Program-made: the position numbers and the translations under genes
In this document: piece by piece, positions 24,460-37,490 of the stretch
Layout: every line of letters begins with the position of its first letter
How positions within the stretch are numbered: the first letter of the stretch is position 1
Assembly: GCA_013265495.1 (NCBI GenBank)
Contig: MU058221.1
Span: forward strand, 4,882,066 to 4,946,065
Reading direction: 5' to 3'
Source: Vicugna vicugna
Lineage: Eukaryota
DNA length: 64,000 bases
Notes under the pieces: model-generated
Databases searched by the model: none
What the model was told of the DNA's origin: nothing
Seen by the model: only the letters and a program-made list of their open reading frames with translations

Positions 24460-24850
24460 CCTGTTTTTTTCTAGAAGTTTAATAGTCTACGTTTTACATT
24501 TCAGTCTGTGATCCATTTCGAGTTACTTTTTGTATAAGGTGTGGAATTGAGGTTGATATTTGTGTGTGTGTGTGTGTGTATGTGTGTGTCCAATTGCTCC
24601 AGCAGCATTTGTTGAAAAGTCTTCATCTTCACCCCTGATTTCATTGCACAGTATCAAAAATCACCTGGGCGTATCTGTGTGGGGCTAATTGCGAGTTCTC
24701 TGTTCTGTTCCGTTGGTCTGTGTGTCTCTCCTTCAACCAGAACCATGTTGTCACAATTACTGTAGCTATAATAGTAATCCTGAACATTGGAAAGAGGGAT
24801 AACTTCATTCTTTTTCAAAATTATTTGGGCTGTTTTACGACCTTTCGTAA
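24460..24850 (-). mobile_element. Old L1 ORF2 segment (inverted 5' part of the adjacent element)
   Basis: 'tccatttcgagttactttttgtataaggtgt...tccaattgctccagcagcatttgttgaaaag...tctctgttctgttcc.ttggtct' is antisense L1 ORF2. Confidence 0.85.
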
Positions 24851-25499
24851 GAAGAAACTTACACATGAATGCTTGTAGCGCTGTTATTCAAGACAGCCAC
24901 AAGCTAGAAGCTACCCAGATGTTCTTCAGTAGTGAGTGTTTGAACAAACTGTGATACCTCTACACATACATGGAACACTGCTCAGAAATAAAAAGGAACA
25001 AATGATCGATACATGCAACAGCATGGATGAAATGCAAAAAAACTATGCTGTGTGAAAAAGCCAATCTCCAAAGGGTGCCTGCTGTCCTGTTCCATTTATA
25101 GAACACTCTTGAAATAATAAAATTACAGAGATGGGGAACAGCTTAGTGGTGGTCAGGAATTAGGGGTGGAGGCAGGTGATTAGGTCCCTATTAAGGCATA
25201 GCATGGGGGAGTCTGGGGAGGGTGCAGTTTAGTATCATGATGGGTTACACAAAGCGACACATTTGTGATCAAGTTGTGTGCACACACGCACACAGGTGCT
25301 TGTAGAATTCGTGAAATCTAAATGAGCCTTCTGGATTGTGCCAACGCCATTCTCCTGGTTTTGGTGCTGTGCTACAGCTACTTGTACCAGATGTCCACGT
25401 TGTGAGGGGGCTGGGGGGAGAGTGCATGGAACCTCCCTATTCATGTCATTTCACTTTCCTGTGAATCTAGAACTATTTCAAAATGGGAAGTTAAAAAAA
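24851..25499 (+). mobile_element. L1MC/L1MD-like ORF2 end and 3' UTR
   Basis: 'aaacttacacatgaatg...aaacaaactgtgatac...gatacatgcaacagcatggatga...ttcctgtgaatcta.aactatttcaaaat...aagttaaaaaaa'. Confidence 0.85.
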
Positions 25500-27864
25500 C
25501 ACACAACAGCAGTCCATATTTTTACAGGCTTGCCATTATCGATGCGACACGTACAGACTTTAATGTTGTGTGTGTGGTTTTTTTTTACTTTTTTATTTAT
25601 GAAGAAGGAGGGCCAAGTGACTTCTTCTGGGGCCATAGCATTTTACTTCTTAAAAAAAAAAACAACAAAAAACCAGAACCCGAAGCAAATATGACAAAAT
25701 GGTAACATTTGTGAATTTGGGCTGATGAGTTTATTGGTGTTGTCTCGTTTTCTCCGGCCTTTTCTTTAAAAAAAAGTTTGAATTATTCCATCATTTAAAA
25801 ATAAACAAAACTAATAATGGTGCTTGGGTACGTGTCTGCCTCCACGTTATCTTGACCTGTTCACCGAATTGGTCTGGACATTTCGTATGTCCTCAGTGTA
25901 ACTGCTCAGTCACCAACTTCTCCCTTCTTCCTGCGAGTTACTAAGCCTGGGTCAGGAAGCCTGAGAACGCAATCTGTCTTTTTTATTATGACAAGCTAAT
26001 TTAACTTTAATTGCTCATTATAGGATTGCAGAATGAGGAGGAACTATCTTTAATTATCTTCTCGGGGGTTTGTTTCCAAAGTAATGTGATCTCGGGAGCT
26101 GAGAATCGTCCTTTCCGAAGTAGCCACCTGACGATGCGCTTAAAATATTTGTGCGCAGCAGTGGAAGTAGACGTCTCTGCTCCTCTGACTGGCAGAGTCT
26201 GCCCTCCCCTTGAAGCAATTAAAAGAATTCCAGGTGGGTGGCTCTTCCCTTCCTGGTTCTATTTAAAAATACAAATGTCTTTTTGGAGAATTTTCCCCCC
26301 CTAGGAGAACACTAAGTGAGTGACACAAGAATGGGACCCTGCCTCTCCAACCCTCATTTAAATATTGGCCGTGTCCTTTCGAGGTCATTTTTCTTGGTGA
26401 CATGTTAAACAATCTCAGGTCAGCCGGAGCCCTTGAAGGTCACTGTGGGCGTCAGGAATGCAGCCCTAACTGATGTACAGGACAGGCACGCGGAGGCGCC
26501 CTGCCTCCCCTCTGGCCAAGAGCCCCATCTTGCTATGAACGAAAAGGGTATCCTGTGTATTTACTGTTTGTTGGATTTCCATTGCTGCCTCCAGCCCTCT
26601 TAGCCGCCCCCATGTAGCCCCAGCCTCTGCTGCTGCTGCTGCTTGAGGTGGGGGGTGGGGGGTGCTGTGCACTTGGCGCCCAGAAGATGCCATTGAAAAC
26701 GCAGAGGCGTCTTCACACTGCTCTTTGTGGAGGGATGGCCTCCCTTCCCTTCCCGTGGGCAAACCCCGGGCCTGGAGCCCTCCCGGCTGCCCAGTGGCTT
26801 TTGTGTGTGTGCAGCTTTCAGCTCCTGTCCATCAGCCTGAATGGGCCCATTCAAGGGCATTCATGCGCCTCGGAGACCCCGGCCGCCTGGGCACAATCAG
26901 CTGAGCAGGGCGCTGCGGGCCCCGCACATGAGAACGCACCGGCTCAGCCTGCCTCCGGGAGCCCCCAATTGTTCTGTGGAGCCCGGGGCCCAGGAGTGAG
27001 CCCAGAGGGGTGATGTTGGAGCCCACATTGGGGCTCATTCGTTCTGTGCACTTGGGGGCTGTGGCAGGCCGGGGGAGGAATACCTTGTAGCAGGGAGGAA
27101 TGTGCAAGCTGGGGCCTGCTCCAGCTTATCTTTGGCTCTGACCTTCCGCTTTTATCTTTGTGTACCACCCACGTGACTCCCTGCTTAAGAATGGAGACCT
27201 TGTCATTTTGATCTTCTTGGCCCTACATACCCGAGGTGCTCAATAAGTGCTCGTTGAATGAGTGAACCAAGGTGGTGGTCCTTCTGTTCAAGCCCAGGGC
27301 ACACCCACGATGTCCACGTACTCGGCTGTTGTTTGAAGAAGCTGCACAGTGTGCTCTCTGCCCCTGGGGGTGCAGGCAACCTACTGGAGGAACTGGCATC
27401 ACCTCATATTTGGTAGATCTGAGACCCTGAAGGGACAAAGGACATTTTCAAGGTGGGAAGTCACAGAGAAGGGCCCTTTGGCTGTCAGGGACCTGCATCT
27501 GGAATTTGAAAAGCTGTGTAAGGTGTACCCCGAGGCGTCTGCAGAGATCAGCCTCAGGCCCTTTGCAGGAAGGGGTCGTGCCTTTGGCTGACTGGGAACC
27601 GGTTAGCAGCAGATGTGGATTCAGGGGCTTGGACTTAATTGACTCCCTCTGGCTTGTGCCATGTGGCAGCCAAAACCCTCAAAAGCTCTGGCTCTCAGCT
27701 CCAGCTTGTGCCCTCCCTGCGGCTCAGGCCCCCTAGGAGCAGGCTGAGAAATGGAGGGGATGAAAAGGACAGGCCGAAACGCCAAGGAGCCGTAGTGTTC
27801 CCAGCGTTACAAAACCATGTTGGGTGATTGCAGCAGCAAGTTGCAGCGATGGGCTAAGAAGAGG

Positions 27865-28110
27865 TAGAGCCTGCTAGTTACTGGGAACGTACTGGGCTGA
27901 GTGCTTTGTATGTAATACGTGATTTGACTTAAGCCGTTAAGCGGTTGTGCACAGGCACACACGTTTGTAAAATATATACGTATGTGCATCATAAGCGCTT
28001 TAGGTACGGAGGTAGGAAAGATGGTTATTCCCATTTACAGATGGAATGACTGAGGCTCAGAAATAGGAAGAGGCCTCCTCGGGTGAGTGGCAGAGCTGCA
28101 GTGGAGACGA
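27865..28110 (-). mobile_element. MIR SINE
   Basis: 'ttattcccatttacagatggaatgactgaggctcaga'. Confidence 0.7.
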
Positions 28111-29139
28111 GGGCTTGGGCCCTTAGCAGCGCAGGCGCTGGTGCTGCAAGTATGACTCCGGTGCAGTGAACCAAGTTATCGTTCTAATTTTTATCTCAGT
28201 TTTAAGGGTTAAGAAAAAAGGAAGGAAAAGAAATGCACATTTTTGTTGGGGCCATGACAGTCAAAAAGGTAGGCATCTTAAGAAGTCTTAAGAGCCTCGC
28301 GATTTAGTTGGGAGAATGCAGCTCACAAACGTAGAAGCACTTTCCAAACCGCCAGCAGCCAGAGTGGCGGCAGCGTGGGTGCAGGGCACCGGAAGGGAGG
28401 AGCTTTCCCACGTGTCACAGAACCTGGGGAGGTGGTCACGAACCCGCTGGGACAAACGCATGGGTTTTCCTCCTGAGAAAGGGGGTTGGTTTGCTCCGTG
28501 GCTAATGGAGGGATGAGGATCCACTTACCACGATGCCAGCTTCCAAACATCTGGCCCCAGCAGCTTGTCCCAAAGGGCACAGGCGCTCTGTGAGGTCTCG
28601 CAGAGCTGGGTCCAGTGCCAGCTCAGCCCGGGGCAGGTCACAGAACCCGGCAGTGAAATGGGATGCCTCCTATGGTTAGTCAGCGTTGGAGGCATGGTGT
28701 GTGCTTAGTACTCTTCCATTTAGTGCATTAGAAGTTGGTTTCTTCTGTGGATGTGGCCAGCTTCCCACGAAGGGATGGGATTTCGTATCCAGCTCCATAA
28801 GGAAAAAGCTCTTCATAGGGAGGGGCCAAAAATTCAGCTCCAGGCCACTAAGAGAAATCGTCTGGCAACATGAAACTTGGTGTAGTTTTGTTTCTGCCGT
28901 GGTCCCAGAATCCCTTTGTCCTCTGCCCAGTGGACTCCGTGCTGCACTGTGTAGGACCAGAGTGCTCCCACCGTGGCCCGCTGCCCCCTTGGTGGTCTCT
29001 GTTCGGGGACTCTGCTTCCCTCTAATCTAGGGGGCTTAGTTTAGTCTAGAGAAAATCGGTCAGACTGCGAATGGCAAGGTGTGTTTTCTTCCCTTCTTGG
29101 TTCTAACTCTGAGTTTAAGCCTTGAAGACCTTGAGAAAA

Positions 29140-29275
29140 AGACCTTGACCGTAACCCCCTACAAGCTCAGTTTCTGCATCTGCAGAATGGGGTAACAGTG
29201 GGAATCACGGGGCTTAGATGAGATGGTGCATGTACAACAGGAGGGGTTCTGACACTAGTAATCTCTCAATAAAAA
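29140..29275 (+). mobile_element. MIR SINE
   Basis: 'ctcagtttctgcatctgcagaatggggtaa...tagtaatctctcaataaa'. Confidence 0.65.
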
Positions 29276-29515
29276 GAGCTTCTCTTTTTCCAGCTGAGTG
29301 AATTGTGTCTATACCTGGGGAAGCTGAGGTCGCGATTGCGACCCCGCGGGGCTCATCGCCTTTGTTACAGAGCACAATCCCTAAAATGCCTATGGCTTCT
29401 CTTGCCCTTTTATGCTCATGGGTGATGGAGGGTGGAGCCCAGAGACGAAAGTGACTTGTCCAGTCTGGATGGACATGTCAAGAAGCTGCCAAGTGCGGTC
29501 CCAGCATTGTTCAGC

Positions 29516-29901
29516 TTGGACTGGATCCTGGACCATGGGTTTGTTCTGCTTACCTATTTATTTTTCTTGCTCTAAAGGACATTATTGGGACAATTGGCAA
29601 CATCTGAATAAAAGGCTGACGATTGGATGATAGTATTGTATCCTGATTAAGTAATTAACCTGGTAATGTAAGAAAATGTCTCTTTAAGGAAATAGACACT
29701 GAAGTATTTAGAGGTAAAGGGGTGTCTTGTGTGCATTTTAGTCTCAAGTAGTTCAGAAGAAAAAGCTGTCTGGTGAGACAGAGAAGGATAAACTAGATTA
29801 AATGTTAACCTTTGGGGTATTTAGGTGGAGGGAGCTCATTGTAACTATTCTTGCAACTTTTCTGTAGGTCTGAAATTATTTCAGAATAAAAAGTTAAAAA
29901 T
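29516..29901 (+). mobile_element. L1MC4-like 3' UTR
   Basis: 'ggactggatcctgga...aaaggacattattgggacaattgg...cactgaagtatttagaggtaaagg...ttgcaacttttctgtaggtctgaaattatttca.aataaaaagtt'. Confidence 0.85.
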
Positions 29902-30744
29902 AACTCTCACGTGGTTAGGGCTCATGTGAAATAAAACCACTTGTGTGTCAGTTCTTCTAGAACAGACTAACCCGGGCAGTGTTTCTAGAAACACTTGCTG
30001 TGTGTGTGGCGGGGGATCCGCGGCCCTTGGGAGCGGAGGGATGGAGACCATGTGAGTGATGAGAGAAGAGGGTGAATGAACTAAGAAAGAGAGAAGTGGT
30101 CCCTGAACACGGGACCTTTCCACCAAAAAAGGCGGGACTACCCTCTGAGATGATGTGGGCAGAGCCCAGGGGAAACCTAGGCTGCCACGACAGACAGCTC
30201 TGATTTGGGCCATGGAGAGTGAAAATTGTGAGAGAACGAGGCAGCAGGGACGGACCGGGCAGTGGACAGACAGGTCAGAAGGTCCTGTGGGGATGCTGGG
30301 GCCATCTGCAGCTCTGAGACCCTCAAACTTGAATGTGTGCTGAACACGGCTCCCAGCCGCCCTGGAGCCCAGGGCCAACAACTTGTGTGGTTCATACAAC
30401 TAGCAGAGTGTGTGACCCATCACAGCAGACACCCCGGGAGGGGCTTATCACAGAAGAACCAGGAGGAAAACCCTGGCATATCGAGGTGTGGGGCTGAATC
30501 CTCACGTCCTTGGCAGGAAGCTGCTGCCGAAGCATTGTAGGCACCCCGGTTCAAGTGTGATCACCCCAAGTGTTTCTGAGAGTAACACATGGGTGGTGCA
30601 CGTGGTGAAAGATTCCAACCAAATAGAGGCGGCACATCAGAGGCTTTCTCACCTCATCCCAGAGGCGAGGGGTGTGGACAGTGGGTCTCCCTGCGGTCCT
30701 TTTGCAGGGTATCTGCAGTGTGCTGTTTGCGTGGTGGCTGGGAT

Positions 30745-30970
30745 CGTGGGCTCTGGGCGCAGACCTGCGTTCGCAGACCACCTCCACTGCCTGCAAGCTG
30801 TGCATCTCTGGGCGAGTTACTTCCCCTTTTCTCTGCCTCCATTTTCTCATCAGTAAAGTGTGAGTAACAGTACAGGCCAAATAGGGTTGTTGTAAAGACT
30901 GAGTGAGTTGGTGCATGGAAAGAGCCTGGAGCAGTGCCTGGCAAATGGTTAAGAAATGTTAGCTATCATT
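30745..30970 (+). mobile_element. MIR SINE
   Basis: 'ctgtgcatctctgggcgagttactt...ctctgcctccattttctcatcagtaaagtg...cagtgcctggca'. Confidence 0.8.
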
Positions 30971-31039
30971 ACCTATTGACATGTAAGGACCTATTTTTTT
31001 TTTTTTTTTGGTTAAAAACCAGGCATTCCTACTCTGTTT

Positions 31040-31330
31040 TTATCAGTAGGGTTCTTAGTTGCAAGCAACAGGTATCAACTGACTGATACCAGCAGAGAAG
31101 GAGTTTCTTTAAGGGACGTCAGGAGGTTTCCCAGACTTGCTGGGAAGGCTGTGGACTCAAACTTGGAAACTAGGTGGCAGCCCAGACCAGGGCCACCGCT
31201 GTGCCACAAAACCAGACCGGTCAGGACGCTGCCCGTGTTGATCTGCAGCTTTCAGAGTGAGAGGCGGATTCTGTCCCCCACCAGGACTCATAAAGGGAGC
31301 AGGGATTCCTAACTATGGGAAGGGAAGCCC
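31040..31330 (-). mobile_element. Old MaLR LTR (MLT1K/L/N-like)
   Basis: 'tatcagtagggttcttagttgcaagcaacag' is the reverse-complement MLT1 3' terminus. Confidence 0.6.
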
Positions 31331-31659
31331 AAGCCAGGGGCCACATGTCTCCCCGAGTAGTGTATTATTTGTTTGAGCCATCAGCATTCTTTTTCGTGGT
31401 TGCATAGTATTCTCAAGACGGCCCTTGACTCACTGGACCACTGCCCTGGTGATGAACTCCCAGGTTCTCATGCTTTTTGCAACATGCCCCACTGAACATG
31501 CTTACACACGTGTCTTTACACAAAAACGTGGCATTTCTGTTGGATTAATTCTTATAAGTGTAGAATTATAAATGTAGTCATTATTTTTCAAGTTAATGTT
31601 TCTTATATTCTGTGGACATTGAAAGACATTGTGAATATAAATGAATAGTATTTTAAGCA

Positions 31660-31897
31660 GCTGTTTAAAAAGCTGTGGTGAAGTACACATCACATAAAGC
31701 TTGCCATCTTAACCGTTCGAAAGTGTACATACGGATCAGTGAAGTTATGTTCATGCTATTTGACTATCACCAGCATCCATCTCCAGGACTGTATCTTCCC
31801 AAACTGGAATCCCACACCCATTAAACAGTAACTCTCCGTTCCCCCTTCCCCAAGGGAACTCCTTTCCTACCTTGTGTCTCTATGAGTCTGGCTGCTA
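31660..31897 (-). mobile_element. L1MB3-like 3' end
   Basis: 'gtggtgaagtacacatcacataaagcttgccatcttaacc...catccatctccagga...cccattaaacagtaactc'. Confidence 0.8.
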
Positions 31898-32087
31898 AAC
31901 AGTTTTCCTCGTGTTGTCACGGAAGTCATCTGCACAGGAATGATGGTTGAAGGGCTAAGAGATATTTCTGATTGGGAGCTTGAGCATTTTTAAAGACGGG
32001 TGTGAGCAGGGACTGGAGACACGACCAGTGGTAACAGATCGCATTTTTCCAGCACGTCCCTTGGGCCCGTCTGCCTGTGCTGCGCGG

Positions 32088-32240
32088 GCCGTGGTTCTCA
32101 CCCCAGCGGTGCCTTAGAATCACCTGGGAGCTTTGACAGGCGGATACCCAGGCCAGGCGTAGCACAGGACCCAGGGATCAGGACTTTACAAGGCTCCAGA
32201 TGATTCCAGCGTGGTAGGCAAGGTCAAGAACCGCTGCTTC
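32088..32240. mobile_element. MER5-family MITE
   Basis: 'gtggttctca...ttagaatcacctgggagcttt...ccagatgattc...aagaaccgctg'. Confidence 0.7.
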
Positions 32241-33699
32241 TGGAGGACAGCTGCATTTCATCAGCACCCCATCTGGGGTAAGGATTATGATTATTCCTAA
32301 CTGACAGACAGGAAGGCAAGTCACAGGGAGCGAGGCATTCTCACCGCCCAGCGCACACCCCTGCTGCGGTGATCTCACTGCTGCCTCCCTGGGCGTGGAG
32401 CAGGGCGGGGAAACAAGGCCCTCGGAGGAGGCTGCCCCTGCCCCTTTCTCTGCCCCGTGTGCTCCCGGCCTCGCGAGCCTGCTTTCCGATTGTCCAAAAC
32501 CCCCCGGTCCCTGGGTCTCACGCTCGGAGTTTGCCTAGGACGTTGTTACCCTCCATCCTCACGTAACTCATTTCCACTTATCCATCCCCTCATCCCCTGC
32601 TCTAAAGTGGGCCCCCGTTCTTTTCCCTTGGTAATGCTAGGAACAGCATGTGATCATGTACCTATCTGTTTTGATTTCCCAGTTGCCTGGTACTCAGTAG
32701 GCACTTGCTAAATAAGATGAATGAGTGGGAAGAAAGCAGTAATGAACAGGAGCACGTGAGCTCTGTGAGGACAGGCGGCAAGTCCCGAGAGCTGGCTCCC
32801 TTCTCCGACGGTGGTGAGGAGTAAGCGCAGACATGCGAGCGGCATGTTCCTCAGGGTCGCATGGGAGGCTTGGACCAGCTGGGTGTGATCCTGCTCAGAA
32901 CTGGGTTAAACTTCTGAAAATGGAGACAAGTGGGACCACAGAGCTGTCCCCTCCAGCCTGCCGCACAGCTGAGTCACCTGGGGAGCTCAGGGACGAGTGT
33001 GGCCTGGGTCTTTGGTGGGAGGCGGAGGTCAGAGGGGCCGGGGCGGGGATGCTGCGGCAGGAGCAGGTGGGAGCTTGCAGGAGGCCGGGTCGAGGCCGTC
33101 CCAGCTTGTGGGAGCAGCACCCTCGGTCAGACCAGAGAGCCCTGCGGGGTCATCGGGTGGTTCCTGTTCACTGCTATGGGTCCCATGCTTTGGGGGTTTC
33201 TCAAATTTTGAACTTGATTTTTTTAATTTAAAAAAGTTTTTATTTTGTTTATTTATTTATTTATTTTTACCAAGTAACCAAAATAAAACATGCCTGATTA
33301 GATAGCCCACATTTCAACAGGCTGGAGACCACCGGTGCCCTAATGGAGCTTCCAGGGTGGCTCACACTGGGGCGGGGGAGTCCCCTGCCACCTTCTGTCT
33401 ATTGGAATTTCTTATAAACGTGGTATTGGTTAGAAGCTTGGAGTCCAGCACCTGTTTTGCTCAGTGTTCAGGCACAGTCTGCTGTCAGGCCACTACCCAG
33501 ATGCCCACGCATGCCCTTCATGGGGTTGGCGGCTCTGTCTTCATGGCCCAGTGGCCAGTTCGCTAATGTGGGATGTGTCGCCTGGTGGAACTGTCCCCTG
33601 ATATTTCAGGCTTCTTGCAAGTTTTGGGTGCGTCTTGCTTGATTTTTATGTGTGATAAGAAACGAGCAGTTGTTCAGTAGCATGGGAAGCCAGCACGGC

Positions 33700-33900
33700 C
33701 TGGTGGTTCAGGTATGGAGCCTGGACGTGTGTCCCAGCTCTGCTGTGTGCTGCCTGTGTGGCCTTGGGCAAGTCGGCTAACCTCTCTGTGCCTCATTTCT
33801 TCATCTTTTAAGTAAGGATCATGGTAATGGTGTTGTAAGGCTTACACAAGTAAAAATATAGGTAAGGGGCCGAGAATAATTACCATGTAAGTGTTTTCCA
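33700..33900 (+). mobile_element. MIR SINE
   Basis: 'ctgtgtggccttgggcaagtc.gctaacctctctgtgcctcatttcttcatct'. Confidence 0.85.
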
Positions 33901-33978
33901 TTGTTTCTAATATTATTTTAATGACTCTTTGAAACAAAAATTTTCTGCCACTGTTTCAAATTTTGTACGTACTGAACT

Positions 33979-34225
33979 CATGCATTCTCAACCAGAAAGG
34001 TGTTGCCCCCCAGGGGGCAGAAAAAAAAATCTCACTATGTGGTGATGGTTCATGGCTCTCCAAAGGGTCACCGTGCATGGAACCGAAGGGTCAGTTGCAT
34101 GGAGTATCTGGTATTAAGATTCCTGGTGGAGGGGGCACAATAAGGCAAAATTGTCTAGCAAGTCTCCTTGTTCAGGGGCTGCGGGGGAAGGTGCTTCATA
34201 ATGAAAGAAAGACCAAGAAACACTG
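33979..34225 (-). mobile_element. MER112-like hAT-Charlie element
   Basis: Ends 'catgcattctcaac...gcccccagggggc' and 'gaaacactg'; internal 'ctccaaagggtcac...tatctggtattaa'. Confidence 0.7.
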
Positions 34226-35935
34226 GTTTTAACTAGGGACCATTTTAAGATCCGAAGGGAGTCTCCTAAAAGCCAGTTAGCATTTTCTACCACCTGTCTG
34301 TAGAAATCAAGATTTTTCTCAGCTCTGTGCAATTAAAAACAGGAATCAGAAATAAGCGGCTAGGTGATGTGGCCAGTTAGAGGACAGCTGTCGGCCATAA
34401 CCGTGGGTGTCAGGGCACAGCGACACACCTCTGTACGTCTCCCTGATGGATCTGGTTTTTATGTCGAGGATTGGCAGCCTCTTTAACACAGAGGTTTCCT
34501 CCCCGGCGAGTTTCAGCAGCCAGCTTTGTGGCAGCGCTGCGGCTCCTGCCGGGTGGGTGGCAGGTGGGAAGCAGAGCCCGCGCCGGGGCAGTGGGTTCCC
34601 CTGGCTCTCGCGGTGCGGGCAGAGCAGGGTGCCTCTGCCCAGAGCTCTGGCGGGCAGGGTGGCGGACGTGGAGAGCGACGTGCGGTGTCCTGCATCTCTG
34701 TGAGGCTGTCTGCGGGGCTCCTCGGGGAGGTTCAGGCCCCACGTTCCGTGCAAGGAAAGACAAAGACCTTCTTTATTGGTACAAAGGCGGGTGGGGTGAC
34801 TGAAGCCCCCAGATGGTGTGCAAGCTTGAAAACCCAATCAAGTTGACCAACAACCTTCAGTTACAGTCACGTGGCATCTCCATTACTCCCGAATTTCCCG
34901 TTTGGGGTTTTATTAGCTTTCAGTCAAAGGCGACATTGTGAAGAAACCCAGGTTAGAATTCAACTTTTAAAACAGCTCAGTGAGAAAGTGGGGACGAAGA
35001 GCCAGGGAGCTGCACAGAAAATCTTGGAGAGGTTACTCAGCAAGCTCAGACCCAAACCAGCGCGGTGTGCGTGCTCCTTTCGAGGGAAGGGGCAGGAGCG
35101 CCGAGCAGCGCCCCGGGGGAGGGGAGGGGGCTCCCCGTTCCTGGTCTCCGGGGCCTGGTGGCTCTCCTGATCGGGGAGGAATTTCCCACGGGCAGGGGCT
35201 GGGTGGGGGCCCAGACAGCCTCCCACAGATGGACTAATGAACAACACGCACTGACCATGACTTTGCCAATTGGAAACAGCTTTGGGGCTCCGAAACCAAC
35301 GTGGAGCCTAATGCAGACCCGACGTGGGTTTCACCAGCTTGAGGGAAAATCATGAAAATCAGACAAGCCGTGTTCGAGGTCTGCGAGCTCCTGGACGGGA
35401 GCTTGCCTGAGATGAGGAGGTGGAATAGCCTCGTCTTCCCACCATTGTAAGAAAAGCTGGTTTGTCATCAGGGTAGGGACGGGATGGTTCCGAAGGTGAA
35501 GCTGGTGGACTTGAGACTTTGCAGTTTTTCCAGACACGTTTCCATCCAGCCTTTCTGCCCCTTGTACCGACAATACTCAGGTTGAGTGGATGTTTCTAAT
35601 GGTTCCTTCTGTTGGAGTAGCTTGAGAAAGAAGTGAGCTCGGTTCCCAAGGACTCAGTTTTAATTCGATCCCCATTGCAGCTCACTATGGTGACCTCGGT
35701 GTGTGTCTTAGCCATTTTGTACCTCAGAGTCTCTGTCTGTATGTAAAATGGCAACCTGCTGATCTTTAAAAAATGTATATACATATACAGAAGACACAGT
35801 AAAATAAAATCCCAGTTTTAACAACCAGAAACTGTGAGCCATTTAAACTCTTGTTTGTCTCATGTTTATGAGAAAGGATAAAATGACAGATACCTAAACC
35901 AACACCAGGGACTTTTTTGAAAGCTCAAATTCTAG

Positions 35936-36120
35936 GGCAGCCTGTTCTCAGTTTTGTCTGCACATTAGAATCAACTGGGGAACTTTTGAAAAACACTAGT
36001 CCCCAAGCTCCACCCCAGACCAATTAAATCACAGCCTCTGGGAAGGAGGTCCAAGCGTCTGTGTGTTTTTTAAAGTTCCCCGCGTTATTCTAATGGGCAG
36101 CCAGGATTGGGGACCATTGT
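35936..36120. mobile_element. MER5B-like MITE
   Basis: 'ctgcacattagaatcaactggggaacttttgaaaa...ccaccccagaccaattaaatca...ttctaatgggcagccagg'. Confidence 0.85.
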
Positions 36121-36221
36121 TTGGGGTATGCCAGTTGGATGTAAAGATTCAGGCTTATTTCCAGAAATATTGTACGAGATAATTTTTTCCTTCGTTCCTT
36201 TAATGGCTTGAAAAGAAATCC

Positions 36222-37490
36222 TGTTTATTGAGATATAATTTGCATACCATAGCATTCACCCTTTTATTAAAGTGAACAATTCAGTGGTTTTAGTATATTC
36301 ACAGAATTGTGCAACCATCACCACAAATTCCAGACCATTTTCATCACACCAAAAAGAACCCCTAAGCCATTAGTTGTCACTCTCTCTATCTCCTCCCTCT
36401 AACCTCTGGCAACCACTAATCTACTTCTCCATGGAGTTGCACATTCTGGACATTTTGTATAAATGGGATCATACAATATGTGGGATTTTGTGATTGGCTT
36501 CTTTCACTTATCATAGTGTTTTCAAGGTTTATTCATATTGCAGTGTGAATCCACACACAGTCCTTCTTTATGGCTGCATAATATTCCACTGGGGGATATA
36601 CCACATTTTGTTCATCCACTCATAAATTGATGGACCTTTGGATTGTTTCCACTCTGGGGCTATTATGAACAGTATTATGAGTACTTATATTTGTGTATAA
36701 GTTTTTGTGTGTATATTTTTAATTATCTTGGGCATAAACCTAGGAGTGGAGTTGCTGGGTCGTAAGGTAACTCTCTGTTCAGACGTTTGAAGAACTGCCA
36801 GTCTGTTTTCCAAGGTAGGTCCACCATGGTACCACTAGCAGTGTACAAGGATTCCAATTTCTGTACTTCCTCGCCAACACTTGACATTGCCTGGCCTTTT
36901 CATTATAGCCATCTTGGTGTGCGGTGGTATCTTGTTACAGTTTTTTTTTTTAACATTTTTTTATTGAGTTATAGTCATTTTACAATGTTGTGTCAAATTC
37001 TAGTGTAGAACACACTTTTTTAAAGCTGTGCAGCATCTTTTTATGTGCTGATTGGCCACTGGCCTGTCTTCTTTAGAGAAATGGCCATTCAAATCTTTCA
37101 CCTTTTAAAATTGGATTATTGTCTCTTTATTAAATTATGAGTCTTTATGTATTCTGGACACTAGATCCTTATTCGACGTATGATTTGCAAATATTTTCTC
37201 CCATTCTGTGGGTTGTCTTTTCGTTTCCTTGATAGTATCCTTTGAGGCACGGAAATGTTGAATGTTGGTGATTTATTTTCTCCTTTTGTCTTTTGTGCTT
37301 TATATGGAATATCTGAAAACCCATTGCCTAATCCTAGGTTATGAAAACTTATGTCTGTGCTCTCTTCCAAGACTTCTTAAATTTTAGCTCTTAGGGTTGA
37401 AGTCTTTGGTCAGTTTTGAGTTAATTTTTCTGTATTGTATGAGGCAGGTTTTATCATTCCAAAAGATTAAGGGTCCAGCTTCATTCTGTG
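36222..37490 (-). mobile_element. L1MB7/8-like element (3' UTR plus ORF2 end)
   Basis: 'tttattgagatataatt...ttcagtggttttagtatattcacaga.ttgtgcaaccatcaccac...tgatttgcaaatattttctcccattctgtgggttgtc'. Confidence 0.9.
36941..37021 (-). mobile_element. Very short camelid L1 3' tail nested in L1MB
   Basis: Poly(T) plus 'ttattgagttatagtcattttacaatgttgtgtcaaattc.agtgtaga', the same tail as at 37844 and 51603. Confidence 0.8.
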
